Below are positions 48,205 to 57,474 of a stretch of DNA of 64,000 nucleotides, piece by piece. Position numbers and translations under genes: made by a program. The stretch is from Candidatus Aphodousia faecigallinarum (GTDB lineage: Bacteria; Pseudomonadota; Gammaproteobacteria; Burkholderiales; Burkholderiaceae_F), in NCBI GenBank assembly GCA_018714755.1, contig DVMY01000085.1, positions 12,222 to 76,221 of the forward strand, given 5' to 3'. The notes under the pieces are model-generated. The model saw only the letters and a program-made list of their open reading frames with translations, searched no databases and was not told the origin of the DNA. The stretch's first letter is position 1; every line of letters starts with the position of its first letter.

Positions 48205-50058
48205 TTAGCGGTGACCTGCGTAAAGTGTTTGAATTTGCGGCGCAAATTTCTCGTTCAAAGCTTTTCGCTTAAGTTTGAGCGTCGGGGTGATCAAACCATT
48301 TTCAATGGTCCAGGGTTCCAGCGTTAAATACACGTTCCTAGGAAGAGCATATTGAGGGAAGTCTTTCACCGCCGTCTTAATTCGTTTTAACACGGCGTTG
48401 CGTGTGACAGTGGCTAAAAGACTTTCTGGATCATTGGGGTCAAGATCAAGTGTAGACGCTAATTTGGACCACTCTTCCTTATTTAAGACCACTATGGTTG
48501 AAATGAAAGGACGGTTTTCTCCAATCACGAAGGCTTGATCAAAAAGAGGATCGATTTCAATCGCCAATTCCAAATCAGCGGGAGGAACTTTTTCGCCTGT
48601 ACTGGTGACGATGATTTCCTTAATGCGCCCGACAATTTTCAGGTACCCCTCGTGATCAAATTCTCCGACGTCACCCGTTTTAAGCCAACCGTCCTCCGTA
48701 AATACCTCTCTGGTAGCTTGGGGACGATTCCAATAGCCTTTCATCACCGACGGCGACTTCACTTGAATTTCATCATCGGCCCCTAAACGGACATTAGTTT
48801 GAGGCAGGGGCTTGCCGACGGTGTTGGGGTGATTATAGGTTAACGAATTTCCGGCTATGATCGGGCTAGACTCTGTCATCCCGTAACCTTGGATAATCGG
48901 CAAGCCTAAACCACAAAATGCTTTAGCCACTTTTGAATTTAAGGCGGCTCCGCCACTGATAGCGATACGAAGCTGTCCGCCAAACTGATTGAGCAACGTT
49001 TTAGAAACAAGCCGCTCAAGAATGGGCCAAACCACGGGATCCAAGATTGTCGCCCCGCCTCTTTGAGTGGGAAGGCCGTATTTTTTACTAAAACGCCTCC
49101 AGCCGACTTCAACCGCCCAATTAAACATAAACCGCACAAAACTTGATTCGCGGGCAAGCTTGGCTTGCACCTTTGCGAAAATACGTTCATAAATGCGGGG
49201 AACGGAAATAATCACATTGGGGCGAACGATGCGAAAGTCTTCGGCTAATTGTTGAATAGATCGAGTGTAAACGATGGTGCAACCCATGCCGAGAGCCAAG
49301 TAGTAGCCAGCCATACGTTCAAAAGTGTGGGAAACGGGTAAGAATGATAAAAACACATCGCCCGGTTTCGGACAAACGGTTTTCAATGTGTTTATGACAT
49401 TGCTGACAACGTTTTTGTGCGTGAGCATGACGCCTTTTGGCTTGCCTGTCGTGCCGGATGTGTAAACAATAGCAGCTAAATCATTTTCGTCGGGTGGGCT
49501 GGGCAATTCTGTTACCCCATGCCCAGTGGCTAGCCAAGATTCAAGATCCCAATGCTTGACGCCGTCTTGCCTGGATTGAGGCGAAGATTCTTCTGTGAAA
49601 ATGACATTTCTCAGATTGGGCATGACGGTGTGAGTAAGATAAATGGCATCCCAGCGACTTTGACGATTAGTGACAAGAACAGTAGCTTGGCTATCGGCAA
49701 TAATGAAGGCGCTGGAGCCTGCGGTATCGATGGCATGCAAAGGGACGGGAACATAGCCGTTAGCCAAAACAGCCTGGTCACAACAAACTGCATCGACGCC
49801 GTTGGGTAAAAGAATGGCAACTCGATCGCCACGCTTGAGGTTCATTTTGGCGAAAGCTCTGCGCCACTGTTGAACGCGTTCATTCAAATCTCTGTAGGAG
49901 ACTCGTTCCCATGTATTGGAGCGGCGATCAAATTGTCTGAGAGCTTCTGTGTGGGGTGCAATCTTTGCACGAGCAGGAACAAACTGATCTAAGGTTTTTA
50001 ACTGACTCAAAGCTTGGAAGCGGATTTCAGCAGAATCAATAGCCACGATCGACCTCAA
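48205..50058 (-). CDS. long-chain fatty acid--CoA ligase (AMP-dependent synthetase)
   Basis: YTSGTTGKPKG, QGYGMTES, GWLKTGD and LITPTLKLKR motifs; TTG start. Confidence 0.9.
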   Translation of the reverse strand: MRSIVAIDSAEIRFQALSQLKTLDQFVPARAKIAPHTEALRQFDRRSNTWERVSYRDLNERVQQWRRAFAKMNLKRGDRVAILLPNGVDAVCCDQAVLANGYVPVPLHAIDTAGSSAFIIADSQATVLVTNRQSRWDAIYLTHTVMPNLRNVIFTEESSPQSRQDGVKHWDLESWLATGHGVTELPSPPDENDLAAIVYTSGTTGKPKGVMLTHKNVVSNVINTLKTVCPKPGDVFLSFLPVSHTFERMAGYYLALGMGCTIVYTRSIQQLAEDFRIVRPNVIISVPRIYERIFAKVQAKLARESSFVRFMFNWAVEVGWRRFSKKYGLPTQRGGATILDPVVWPILERLVSKTLLNQFGGQLRIAISGGAALNSKVAKAFCGLGLPIIQGYGMTESSPIIAGNSLTYNHPNTVGKPLPQTNVRLGADDEIQVKSPSVMKGYWNRPQATREVFTEDGWLKTGDVGEFDHEGYLKIVGRIKEIIVTSTGEKVPPADLELAIEIDPLFDQAFVIGENRPFISTIVVLNKEEWSKLASTLDLDPNDPESLLATVTRNAVLKRIKTAVKDFPQYALPRNVYLTLEPWTIENGLITPTLKLKRKALNEKFAPQIQTLYAGHR

Positions 50059-50121
50059 AAAGAATAAAAGTGTTTCGATCCGCTTATTTTAAAACGAATG
50101 TTTTTTATTTAGGACGCAGTC

Positions 50122-50907
50122 TTAATTTTTAATTTTGTAGCCTTTTTTTAAAAACCAAACGCACGTGGAAAAAGCAAAGATACAGACCCCAAGTCCCCAT
50201 ATACAGGCAATAAAAGGATCGGTTTCGAAATAGCCTAAGAATCCTCCCCTGAATCCATCAATAAGGTAGTAAAGGGGGTTCAGTGTTGTTAATTCTCGCC
50301 AGGGGGACGGCAGCGTTTCACAGGAGTAAAAAATTCCGGATAAAAAAGTCATCGGCATAACAAAAAAAGTTTGAACAACCCCCATTTGTTCATAACGATC
50401 GGACCAAATGGCTGTTATGAGTCCTAATGAGGCCATAACAAAAGCACCCAATAGAGAAAAAATAAGAATCCAGGTCATGCAATTAAATGACGGAGTGACC
50501 CAAATAGTGGTTCCCAACCAAACACAAAACCCTACGATAAGTCCTCTTAATACCGAAGAAAGAATATAGGCGGTTGCAATCATGGAGTTGCTCAGTGGTG
50601 TTACCAATAGAAAAGTTAAGGTTCCAGATATTTTTGACTGCACGAAAGATGAAGAACTATTAGCAAAGGCATTTTGTAAAACGGCCATCATAACTAAACC
50701 GGGCACCAAAAAATTCGAGTATGGGATTGATGAAGTGGAGACAACTTGATTCTGAAGAGCTGCTCCAAAAATAATTAAATAAAGCAAAGAGGACAGAACA
50801 GGCGCGGCAATAGTGTGAAAAGCCACTTTTTTGAATCGAATGATTTCTTTTCTCAGTAAAGTGAAAAAAGCGTTTCGTGCGCAAAAGGTTTGGGTATGGC
50901 TAAACAT
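50122..50907 (-). CDS. ABC-2 type transporter permease (YadH-like)
   Basis: KEIIRF...TIAAPV...YLIIFG, FLVPGLVMM..LQNAFANSSSS, FLSGIFYS and NPLYYLIDGFR; start moved to MFSHTQ. Confidence 0.87.
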   Translation of the reverse strand: MFSHTQTFCARNAFFTLLRKEIIRFKKVAFHTIAAPVLSSLLYLIIFGAALQNQVVSTSSIPYSNFLVPGLVMMAVLQNAFANSSSSFVQSKISGTLTFLLVTPLSNSMIATAYILSSVLRGLIVGFCVWLGTTIWVTPSFNCMTWILIFSLLGAFVMASLGLITAIWSDRYEQMGVVQTFFVMPMTFLSGIFYSCETLPSPWRELTTLNPLYYLIDGFRGGFLGYFETDPFIACIWGLGVCIFAFSTCVWFLKKGYKIKN

Positions 50908-50915
50908 ATTCGTAC

Positions 50916-51815
50916 TTAATGGGTAACTTTTATGAAAAGATCTTCTAGGCTGGCACGGGAAGTTTGCAGATTTTCTAATTCGCATCGGCAGGCAAACAAC
51001 GTATTGAGAATGTTTGTCAGATCCTTCGCATCAGAGAATTCAAGAATGTATTTTTGAGCTTCAGAGCTAAGAACTCGGGAAAGTAGTCCGTCTGGGATTA
51101 TTCCACTGACTAGGCGAAAGCTCAGAGTATTTTGTTTCACAGAATTGAGCAAACTGTCCGTGGTTCCCGCGGCGACGATTTGGCCGTGATTAATGATGGC
51201 AATTTCTGAGCATAAATTTTGTGCTTCTTCCAAATAATGAGTGGTTAATACAATGGTGTGGCCATTTTGATGAAGTTTTTCAATGAAATTCCACAATTGA
51301 TTTCGAAGTTGAACATCAACGCCAGCGGTCGGTTCGTCAAGCACAATGATCGGAGGCTTATGCACTAGCGCCTGTGCGACCATGACTCTTCGTTTCATGC
51401 CGCCAGAAAGCAACCTGCAAGGAGTCTGCATTTTTTCACTCAATCCCAATCCATCAATAATTTCTTCAATCCAAGCATCATTATTTTTCAGCCCGTAATA
51501 ACCGCTTTGAAAGGCGAGCATTTCATAAACGGACAAAAAGGGGTCGCAGAGAATCTCTTGAGCGACTACACCGATACTCATAAGGGCATCGGAAGTGTCT
51601 CGGGCAATGTCAAATCCTGCAATGCGGATCCCGCCTGATGTTGGTTTGACCAGTCCAACCATAGAGTTAATGAGGGTGGATTTCCCGGCACCATTTGGAC
51701 CAAGAAGACCAAAAAAAGCCCCCTCCCGAATTTGAAGAGAAATGCCTTTGAGCGCTTCAAAACCGTTTGCATAGGTTTTGTGCAAATTTTCAATGTCAAT
51801 AATGTTCGAATTCAT
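50916..51815 (-). CDS. ABC transporter ATP-binding protein (YadG-like)
   Basis: GPNGAGKST, LSGGMKRR, LDEPTAGVD and LTTHYLEEA motifs; alternative TTG start at 51824. Confidence 0.9.
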   Translation of the reverse strand: MNSNIIDIENLHKTYANGFEALKGISLQIREGAFFGLLGPNGAGKSTLINSMVGLVKPTSGGIRIAGFDIARDTSDALMSIGVVAQEILCDPFLSVYEMLAFQSGYYGLKNNDAWIEEIIDGLGLSEKMQTPCRLLSGGMKRRVMVAQALVHKPPIIVLDEPTAGVDVQLRNQLWNFIEKLHQNGHTIVLTTHYLEEAQNLCSEIAIINHGQIVAAGTTDSLLNSVKQNTLSFRLVSGIIPDGLLSRVLSSEAQKYILEFSDAKDLTNILNTLFACRCELENLQTSRASLEDLFIKVTH

Positions 51816-51820
51816 ACCGA

Positions 51821-52546
51821 TCAATCAATTTCATATCGAACAGGAATTTCTAAAGTGGCCGCACGGCGTACCTGAGTTTTCAAGCCTTTCAAATGCTGAG
51901 CGGCCGACAGTGTTGCACGCCTAAAAAGTGCGTTCCCGCCTTCCTTGAGACGGTAATCGCTCACAGAACCCGAAGCATCAATGGAGACAATTAAAAGAGT
52001 TTCCCCTTCAAGCCCAATATCTCGGGCACGTTTTGGGTAACGTTTGTGTTGCTCAATGACTTGAACGATTTGTAAGAGTGCGTTGGATATTTCATTGTTA
52101 CTTTGACCAGCACCGTTTGTGCTAGGAGCTTGTTTGGCGCTTCCAACACTTTTTTTCGTCGCTTTTTGCGGCGGTGTAACCGCTTTCTTTTCTGATTCCG
52201 GTTTTGTCTTTAGTTGTCGTTCCAACGGTTTAGTCTCTTCTTTAACTTGTTTGACGATGGGCTTAGGCTCTTGCAAGTGTATTTCCCAGGCGCTTGAAGG
52301 GACGGTCATAATGATCCAGCGAGGTTCTTTTTTGAGTGGCATCGCAACGTTTTCGACCGGTTTGATCGGATTTTGATCAATGCTCGCTTTTTGGGGCATG
52401 GCCAGTGGATCGGATAATTGAAAAAACGCTAAAGCAAACAAGCTTGTTGCAACAACGCTCGTCAATAATCTCGCTGTAAAGGTTGCCTGACGGTCATCCG
52501 GTCTCGGCTTGAAGCTGTTATAAGCGATGTGTTTTACGGGTTTCAT
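51821..52546 (-). CDS. tonB: energy transducer TonB
   Basis: Single TM, Lys/Pro-rich linker, C-terminal YPKRARDIGLEG...IDASGSV TonB_C domain. Confidence 0.85.
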   Translation of the reverse strand: MKPVKHIAYNSFKPRPDDRQATFTARLLTSVVATSLFALAFFQLSDPLAMPQKASIDQNPIKPVENVAMPLKKEPRWIIMTVPSSAWEIHLQEPKPIVKQVKEETKPLERQLKTKPESEKKAVTPPQKATKKSVGSAKQAPSTNGAGQSNNEISNALLQIVQVIEQHKRYPKRARDIGLEGETLLIVSIDASGSVSDYRLKEGGNALFRRATLSAAQHLKGLKTQVRRAATLEIPVRYEID

Positions 52547-52947
52547 TGTTTGGCCTGAGTGCTGATTACAAAGCGCCCTTCATTTTTTTCTTTTGCTAAA
52601 TCCACAAGCGGAACAAACGAGCTAAAAGAGGCTTTCCCATCCATATGAATATTCAAAATTGTGTTTGGGGAGGCTATAAGAGCTCCTTCAACCTCAGTAA
52701 GAGTGGTCGGACGATTATTCATCCAGTATGAACCGTCAGCCCGTACATTGACGCTAATTTGCCGATCAGCCCGTTTTACTTCGGCAGTTTCACTTTCTGG
52801 CAGGATAATTTCCAAGACTGGTTTCGAGAAACTCATCGTGACAACAAAGAAAATGATCAGCATGAAAAGACAGTCGATAAGAGGTGTCAGATCAATTTGC
52901 GGATCATCATCAATTGGTGAGAGACCGGGCGGAATGAAAATACTCAT
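52543..52947 (-). CDS. exbD: biopolymer transporter ExbD
   Basis: IDLTPLIDCLFMLIIFFVVT motif. Confidence 0.92.
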   Translation of the reverse strand: MSIFIPPGLSPIDDDPQIDLTPLIDCLFMLIIFFVVTMSFSKPVLEIILPESETAEVKRADRQISVNVRADGSYWMNNRPTTLTEVEGALIASPNTILNIHMDGKASFSSFVPLVDLAKEKNEGRFVISTQAKQ

Positions 52948-52950
52948 TTT

Positions 52951-53595
52951 TTATTCCTTCTCCTCATCGTTAATCGCATGGGGATTATTTTTCCCACGAA
53001 GGCGATTCATAATTTCAAGTGCGCGATAGCTATGTTCTACGGCTTCAATATGAAAACCCCTGAATTTCAGCATTAAGCCGTAATAGACCATTAACACGGG
53101 AATGGCGATGCAAAGTCCCATGACAGTTGTGATTAATGCCTGCCAGATGCCGGCTGCTAAAAGTTCGGTCGATGGCACCTCAGTAAAAGACAATGTTTTG
53201 AAAACTTCCACCATGCCGAAAACAGTGCCTAGAAGTCCAAGTAAGGGAGAAATAACACTGATGAGTTTCAACCAAACCAGACCATTGCTGACACGTTTGA
53301 AATTACGATGGAAAAGGTAGGCTACTTCTGCCCGAATGTCATCGGAGTGAGAGCCGTGAGTCGCCACAATGTCGTAGATGATTCGTATGAGGGGATTGGC
53401 CGTTCCCGGATCAATATTTCTCAGGCAACGATCTTTACCGCTTTCAAGATCAAGAAAGTCACGTCGAAAGTTTTTCCACACACGGTTTAAATAGGCAACG
53501 AGCCAGACCGATACGTACAAGGCATAAAGGGCTACGAAGATAAGCGCAACACCGGCAGGTCCTATCAATGTATAAAGAGATTCTATGTTTTCCAT
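52951..53595 (-). CDS. exbB: MotA/TolQ/ExbB proton channel protein
   Basis: SPLLGLLGTVFGM and GIWQALITTVMGL motifs. Confidence 0.9.
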   Translation of the reverse strand: MENIESLYTLIGPAGVALIFVALYALYVSVWLVAYLNRVWKNFRRDFLDLESGKDRCLRNIDPGTANPLIRIIYDIVATHGSHSDDIRAEVAYLFHRNFKRVSNGLVWLKLISVISPLLGLLGTVFGMVEVFKTLSFTEVPSTELLAAGIWQALITTVMGLCIAIPVLMVYYGLMLKFRGFHIEAVEHSYRALEIMNRLRGKNNPHAINDEEKE

Positions 53596-53606
53596 AATGG
53601 TTGTCC

Positions 53607-54116
53607 TCAGGCTAAGAATTCACGGAAAGTTTCGGTAGCGGCTCGATAATCTTCCTCGTTGGGATGCTTTGCAGCTTCTTCTCTGCGGGCAACCGATTCC
53701 GGCGTTTCTTGATAGCCAGGCATTTTTTTCATTTGTTCAATCAACACTGGATTAATTTTTCCTTGGCACAGAAATGTGGCTGCTAAGAGATTGTTGCGAT
53801 CATTGCCAACAATCGTGCTGCACTGACGGCTAAACCAGTCTTTTGCTCGTTCACTTTGTGGATTGCCACCCATCGTTGCATAGATTGCCAGGGACTTCCC
53901 TCTGATATAGGGAACGAGTTGCGCCAAATCGGGAGGGAGACCGCCTTTGTCGCACCAGAAGCCGATAATGATGCGGCTATACTTGTCTAAAAGTTCGGAG
54001 CACTTCAGTACATCGGTTGTTCTTCTGAGAGCCGTTTGAGGATAAGCTTCGTTGAGGGCTTGTCCTACTTTCCAAGTGTTTCCTGTAATAGAGCTGACAA
54101 TAATGAGTGCGGACAT
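53607..54116 (-). CDS. flavodoxin family protein (Flavodoxin_3 type, HmuF-like)
   Basis: SSITGNT FMN loop, GFWCDKG, FLCQGKI and HPNEED; located inside the heme operon. Confidence 0.82.
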   Translation of the reverse strand: MSALIIVSSITGNTWKVGQALNEAYPQTALRRTTDVLKCSELLDKYSRIIIGFWCDKGGLPPDLAQLVPYIRGKSLAIYATMGGNPQSERAKDWFSRQCSTIVGNDRNNLLAATFLCQGKINPVLIEQMKKMPGYQETPESVARREEAAKHPNEEDYRAATETFREFLA

Positions 54117-54135
54117 AACAAAGATTCCTTATCGA

Positions 54136-54633
54136 TTAGCAGAATTGCGTTTTAGCTTTTAAGAAGCCTTCTTTAACAGATTCAATCAACCGATGATTTT
54201 CTCGTCCCACGTAAATACAAAAGTGAAGTTTTTGGTCTTTACCGAAAAAAGCGACGTAATGGGATTCACGTCCCATAAATGGCATTGAAATAAAAGCAAC
54301 AGTCTCTAAAGAATCCGGATTGATGTGGCCTCCGATCACAGCGTCTTTAGCCAAAATGTTGTAATAGCCCATGGCACGCTTGCCGGCCGAGAGCTTTGAT
54401 TGGATTTCAAAGACATGACCTTCATGGATAATAAAAAGAGTGACTTTCTCCCACTGACTCATAGTAAACCAAAGGTCGTCAAACATATTGATGTTTTTGA
54501 TAAATGAACAATTTTCAGTCGGTAAAGCCCGAGCTGCTTCTAAGTCAGAGCAACCAAGTTCTCGAGCCATCAACCCTAATGTAACAGGCTTTTTAGCGTT
54601 CATTAGTTCTGAGATTTTTTCTTGTCTATTCAT
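54136..54633 (-). CDS. hutX: cytosolic heme carrier HutX/ChuX
   Basis: W.KV..II...G.VFE...GYYNI...GHI...FMG.ES...F.IYVGR signature. Confidence 0.9.
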   Translation of the reverse strand: MNRQEKISELMNAKKPVTLGLMARELGCSDLEAARALPTENCSFIKNINMFDDLWFTMSQWEKVTLFIIHEGHVFEIQSKLSAGKRAMGYYNILAKDAVIGGHINPDSLETVAFISMPFMGRESHYVAFFGKDQKLHFCIYVGRENHRLIESVKEGFLKAKTQFC

Positions 54634-56116
54634 TGAGATTCTCCGTATCAGATAATTTTTTCAGAGTGTTCATGCGCAAGGCCTGATCAGCGCACAACGC
54701 TAAAAGTTCTAAATCGTGTGTAATCAGTAAAACGGCTTTGCCTAGGCTTGCTTGTTCTTTCAAAGCATTTGCCACGCGTTGCATGTTTTCCCCATCTAAA
54801 CCGCTTGTGGGCTCATCTAGGATCAAAATATTCGGGTTTTTCGCTAGTGCGCAGGCAATCACCAATCGTTGTTTTTGCCCGCCTGAGAGTGATTGAGGAT
54901 GACGATTGGCGAGTTCTTCAAGTGAAAAAGTCTTCAATAACCCATTAATAGTTTCTTCTGCAGACTGTTGCTGATTTGCAGCAAACAGGCAAGCGTTGAT
55001 TTCTTCACGGACACTTCGCATTTGCAATTGATGGTCTGCATTTTGAAGTACGAGTCCTGTATGTTTTAGTAGTTGATCAGCAGAGGTTTGTCGGCCATTG
55101 AGGTAGAGAATCCCAGTCCCGACATTAAGCCCTGTAATCAACCTAGCTAAGGTAGTTTTGCCGCTACCATTTTCTCCGATAAGTGCGGTTATACCGGGGC
55201 CCACTTCAAAATGAATATTTTTCAGCAGTATGTTGCTTGCGTCCTTTGCCGTACCTTTGAAGAGCGTTTTCAATTTAGCAAGTTTGGAATGATGGTTGGC
55301 CTTTTCATAGTCAAAGGTCAAATCGGCAGTTTTTAAAATTGGAGACGGCACATTGCTTTCAGGTAAGGTGTTACGTACGTCTTCAACGTGTGCTTCGCGT
55401 AATCCGTAGCGCTTTCTCAAATTTGCGTCTTCGAGAATTGAAAAAGCCCCCCTTTCTTTAATTTCTCCCTGCTGCATCACTATGACTTCATCGGCGACAT
55501 GATTTAACCAATGAAGTCGGTGATCAACAATTAAAACGGCAAAGCCTGCCTGTTTTAAACGAAGTAGTTCCTGGGCGAGCCGATCGGTAGCTTCCGGATC
55601 CAAGTTGGCCGACGGCTCGTCCAGGATTAAAGCCTGCGGTTCGGAGACTAAGATTTCCCCTAGTGCCACCCGTTGTTTTTGTCCTTCTGAAAGAGCGGAA
55701 ATCGAATGGGATAAAAGATTCTCGATTGATAATCTTTGCGCAACCTGTACTACACGTTCGTTGACGATGGTTGGGGTCATACCTGCAACCTTTAAAGCAA
55801 ACCCCATCTCATCTTTTACGTTTAGGGCAAAAAATTGATCTTCTGGATCCTGAAACAGCGTGCCGATCTTGTCTGAAATAGCTGAAACGGAACTCTTTTG
55901 CGTATCTTCTCCACAAATAGTTACTTGTCCGGATATTTCGCCTGCGTAGTAATGCGGACAAAGCCCATTGGCCAACCGCATTAAGGTTGTTTTGCCACAA
56001 CCGGAAACACCGGTAATCAATACAACCTGACCGGGAAGAACTTCCAAATTGATGTTCTTGACCGCCCATTTATCTTGAAACGGATAGCGATAAGATACTT
56101 TTTCGAATTGAATCAT
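54626..56116 (-). CDS. ECF transporter fused double ATPase (A-A')
   Basis: Two ABC domains (GVSGCGKTT...FQDPEDQFF...LSEGQKQR; GENGSGKTT...QNADHQL...LSGGQKQR); start after the CAGGAG SD. Confidence 0.88.
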   Translation of the reverse strand: MIQFEKVSYRYPFQDKWAVKNINLEVLPGQVVLITGVSGCGKTTLMRLANGLCPHYYAGEISGQVTICGEDTQKSSVSAISDKIGTLFQDPEDQFFALNVKDEMGFALKVAGMTPTIVNERVVQVAQRLSIENLLSHSISALSEGQKQRVALGEILVSEPQALILDEPSANLDPEATDRLAQELLRLKQAGFAVLIVDHRLHWLNHVADEVIVMQQGEIKERGAFSILEDANLRKRYGLREAHVEDVRNTLPESNVPSPILKTADLTFDYEKANHHSKLAKLKTLFKGTAKDASNILLKNIHFEVGPGITALIGENGSGKTTLARLITGLNVGTGILYLNGRQTSADQLLKHTGLVLQNADHQLQMRSVREEINACLFAANQQQSAEETINGLLKTFSLEELANRHPQSLSGGQKQRLVIACALAKNPNILILDEPTSGLDGENMQRVANALKEQASLGKAVLLITHDLELLALCADQALRMNTLKKLSDTENLNE

Positions 56117-56133
56117 TCCGATCGCTCCTGCTG

Positions 56134-56907
56134 TCAAGGCAATCTTGGGCTACCGGGGTTAATGCCCCAATCACCTAAATAAATTTCGGCCAACAAGGCA
56201 ACGGTCACGGTGCCGAGGCACAAAGTAAAGGCCAACCAATCCTTATGAGTGAAGCCTTGATCGGAAGAGAAAGCTTTCGCGGCGTGTTGTCCAAGTCCTC
56301 GATCAAGTCCTTTTAATTCAGCAGCAACGCCTAACGCTTCGCTGCTTTTCAAGGCTCTGAACAGAATCGGAGTAAAGACCAGTCTTGCGCACAACAGAGG
56401 GTGTGAGCACAGCATTTTGAAATTTAATTGCCAACCCCGGATTTTTAGGGTTTCCCAGACTTGAGAAACATCGTGCGCAAATGTTGGGATAAAACGGATC
56501 ATCACTGTTGAAGGCAGTGTGATGATAAATGGCAGTCGCAACTGTGAAAGAGCTGCCATGATGTTTTCAATCTTCGTTGAAAGCGCGAGCCCCATGACAA
56601 GATTCATCATGGTAAGGCCGCGTAGGAATGGAATGAGTAAATTTTGCACCGTCATCTCACCAAGGTCAGGAATAAAAAGCGTAATGATGGCCGTGCATCC
56701 GATAGCCAATCCCATCATGAGGGCCATCAACCCGTATAAAACAAGGACGAGAGTGACTCTTTTGATGAGCAGTGTCATGAGAAGGCTCATGACAAAGAGC
56801 ACTAATTGAGCGGCTAAACTCGAAAAGGCAACTGTTGTGATGGCACCAAGCAGCGTTAGCAGCAGCTTTGTGCGTGCATCAATTTGTGTCAGGACGGATG
56901 TACACAT
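56134..56907 (-). CDS. ECF transporter transmembrane (T) component, CbiQ/EcfT family
   Basis: DARTKL, AL..LRLP, IRFIPT, LKIRG and AAELKG coupling helices. Confidence 0.88.
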   Translation of the reverse strand: MCTSVLTQIDARTKLLLTLLGAITTVAFSSLAAQLVLFVMSLLMTLLIKRVTLVLVLYGLMALMMGLAIGCTAIITLFIPDLGEMTVQNLLIPFLRGLTMMNLVMGLALSTKIENIMAALSQLRLPFIITLPSTVMIRFIPTFAHDVSQVWETLKIRGWQLNFKMLCSHPLLCARLVFTPILFRALKSSEALGVAAELKGLDRGLGQHAAKAFSSDQGFTHKDWLAFTLCLGTVTVALLAEIYLGDWGINPGSPRLP

Positions 56908-56910
56908 GAT

Positions 56911-57453
56911 TTAACTCCTGACCATTCCAGCATGACGCAACTCTTGAAGCGTTCGGTAACCTGTGAAAAGTCCGAGCAAACAACCTGTATATCCGATGAA
57001 AATAATTGGCAAAACAGAGACCATCAAGGCTGGAGTTTCACGCATCATGAGGTAAGAGACGGCTATGGAAAAAATTTTGGTCCCTAGGTCGTAAACGGCA
57101 ACGCCGATGTATGTTGTCCAAGCGTGTTTAAAGCCACCAGTTAACAAAATGGCTAATTCCGCAGCGATCGCTCCGACGAGTGCCGCGGGCAACAGTGTGA
57201 TGCTTCCTCCCATTAAAAGAACGCTGACGATCATTGAGACGGCAGTAAATAACAGCAATGTTCCGCTTTTTTTTACCTTAGCTAGAAGGACAATTAAGAG
57301 TGTGGTGAATACAAGGTTTTTGAGCATGAGCGTGATCGGGTTCATGCCGCCGCCCGCCAAGGCTATTAGGAGAGAAGATAGCTTAATGGCGGCGGCAAAA
57401 ACACCGATCATGACGAGTTCTTGAGATTTCCAATAGGCCGTTTTAGCGGTCAT
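56911..57453 (-). CDS. ECF transporter S component, MptD/Trep_Strep family
   Basis: 180-aa hydrophobic protein with ELV.IGVFAA, LLAKVKKSG and C-terminal LRHAGMV; directly upstream of the T and ATPase genes. Confidence 0.8.
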   Translation of the reverse strand: MTAKTAYWKSQELVMIGVFAAAIKLSSLLIALAGGGMNPITLMLKNLVFTTLLIVLLAKVKKSGTLLLFTAVSMIVSVLLMGGSITLLPAALVGAIAAELAILLTGGFKHAWTTYIGVAVYDLGTKIFSIAVSYLMMRETPALMVSVLPIIFIGYTGCLLGLFTGYRTLQELRHAGMVRS

Positions 57454-57474
57454 TTTTATTACTCGTCAAAGTGG

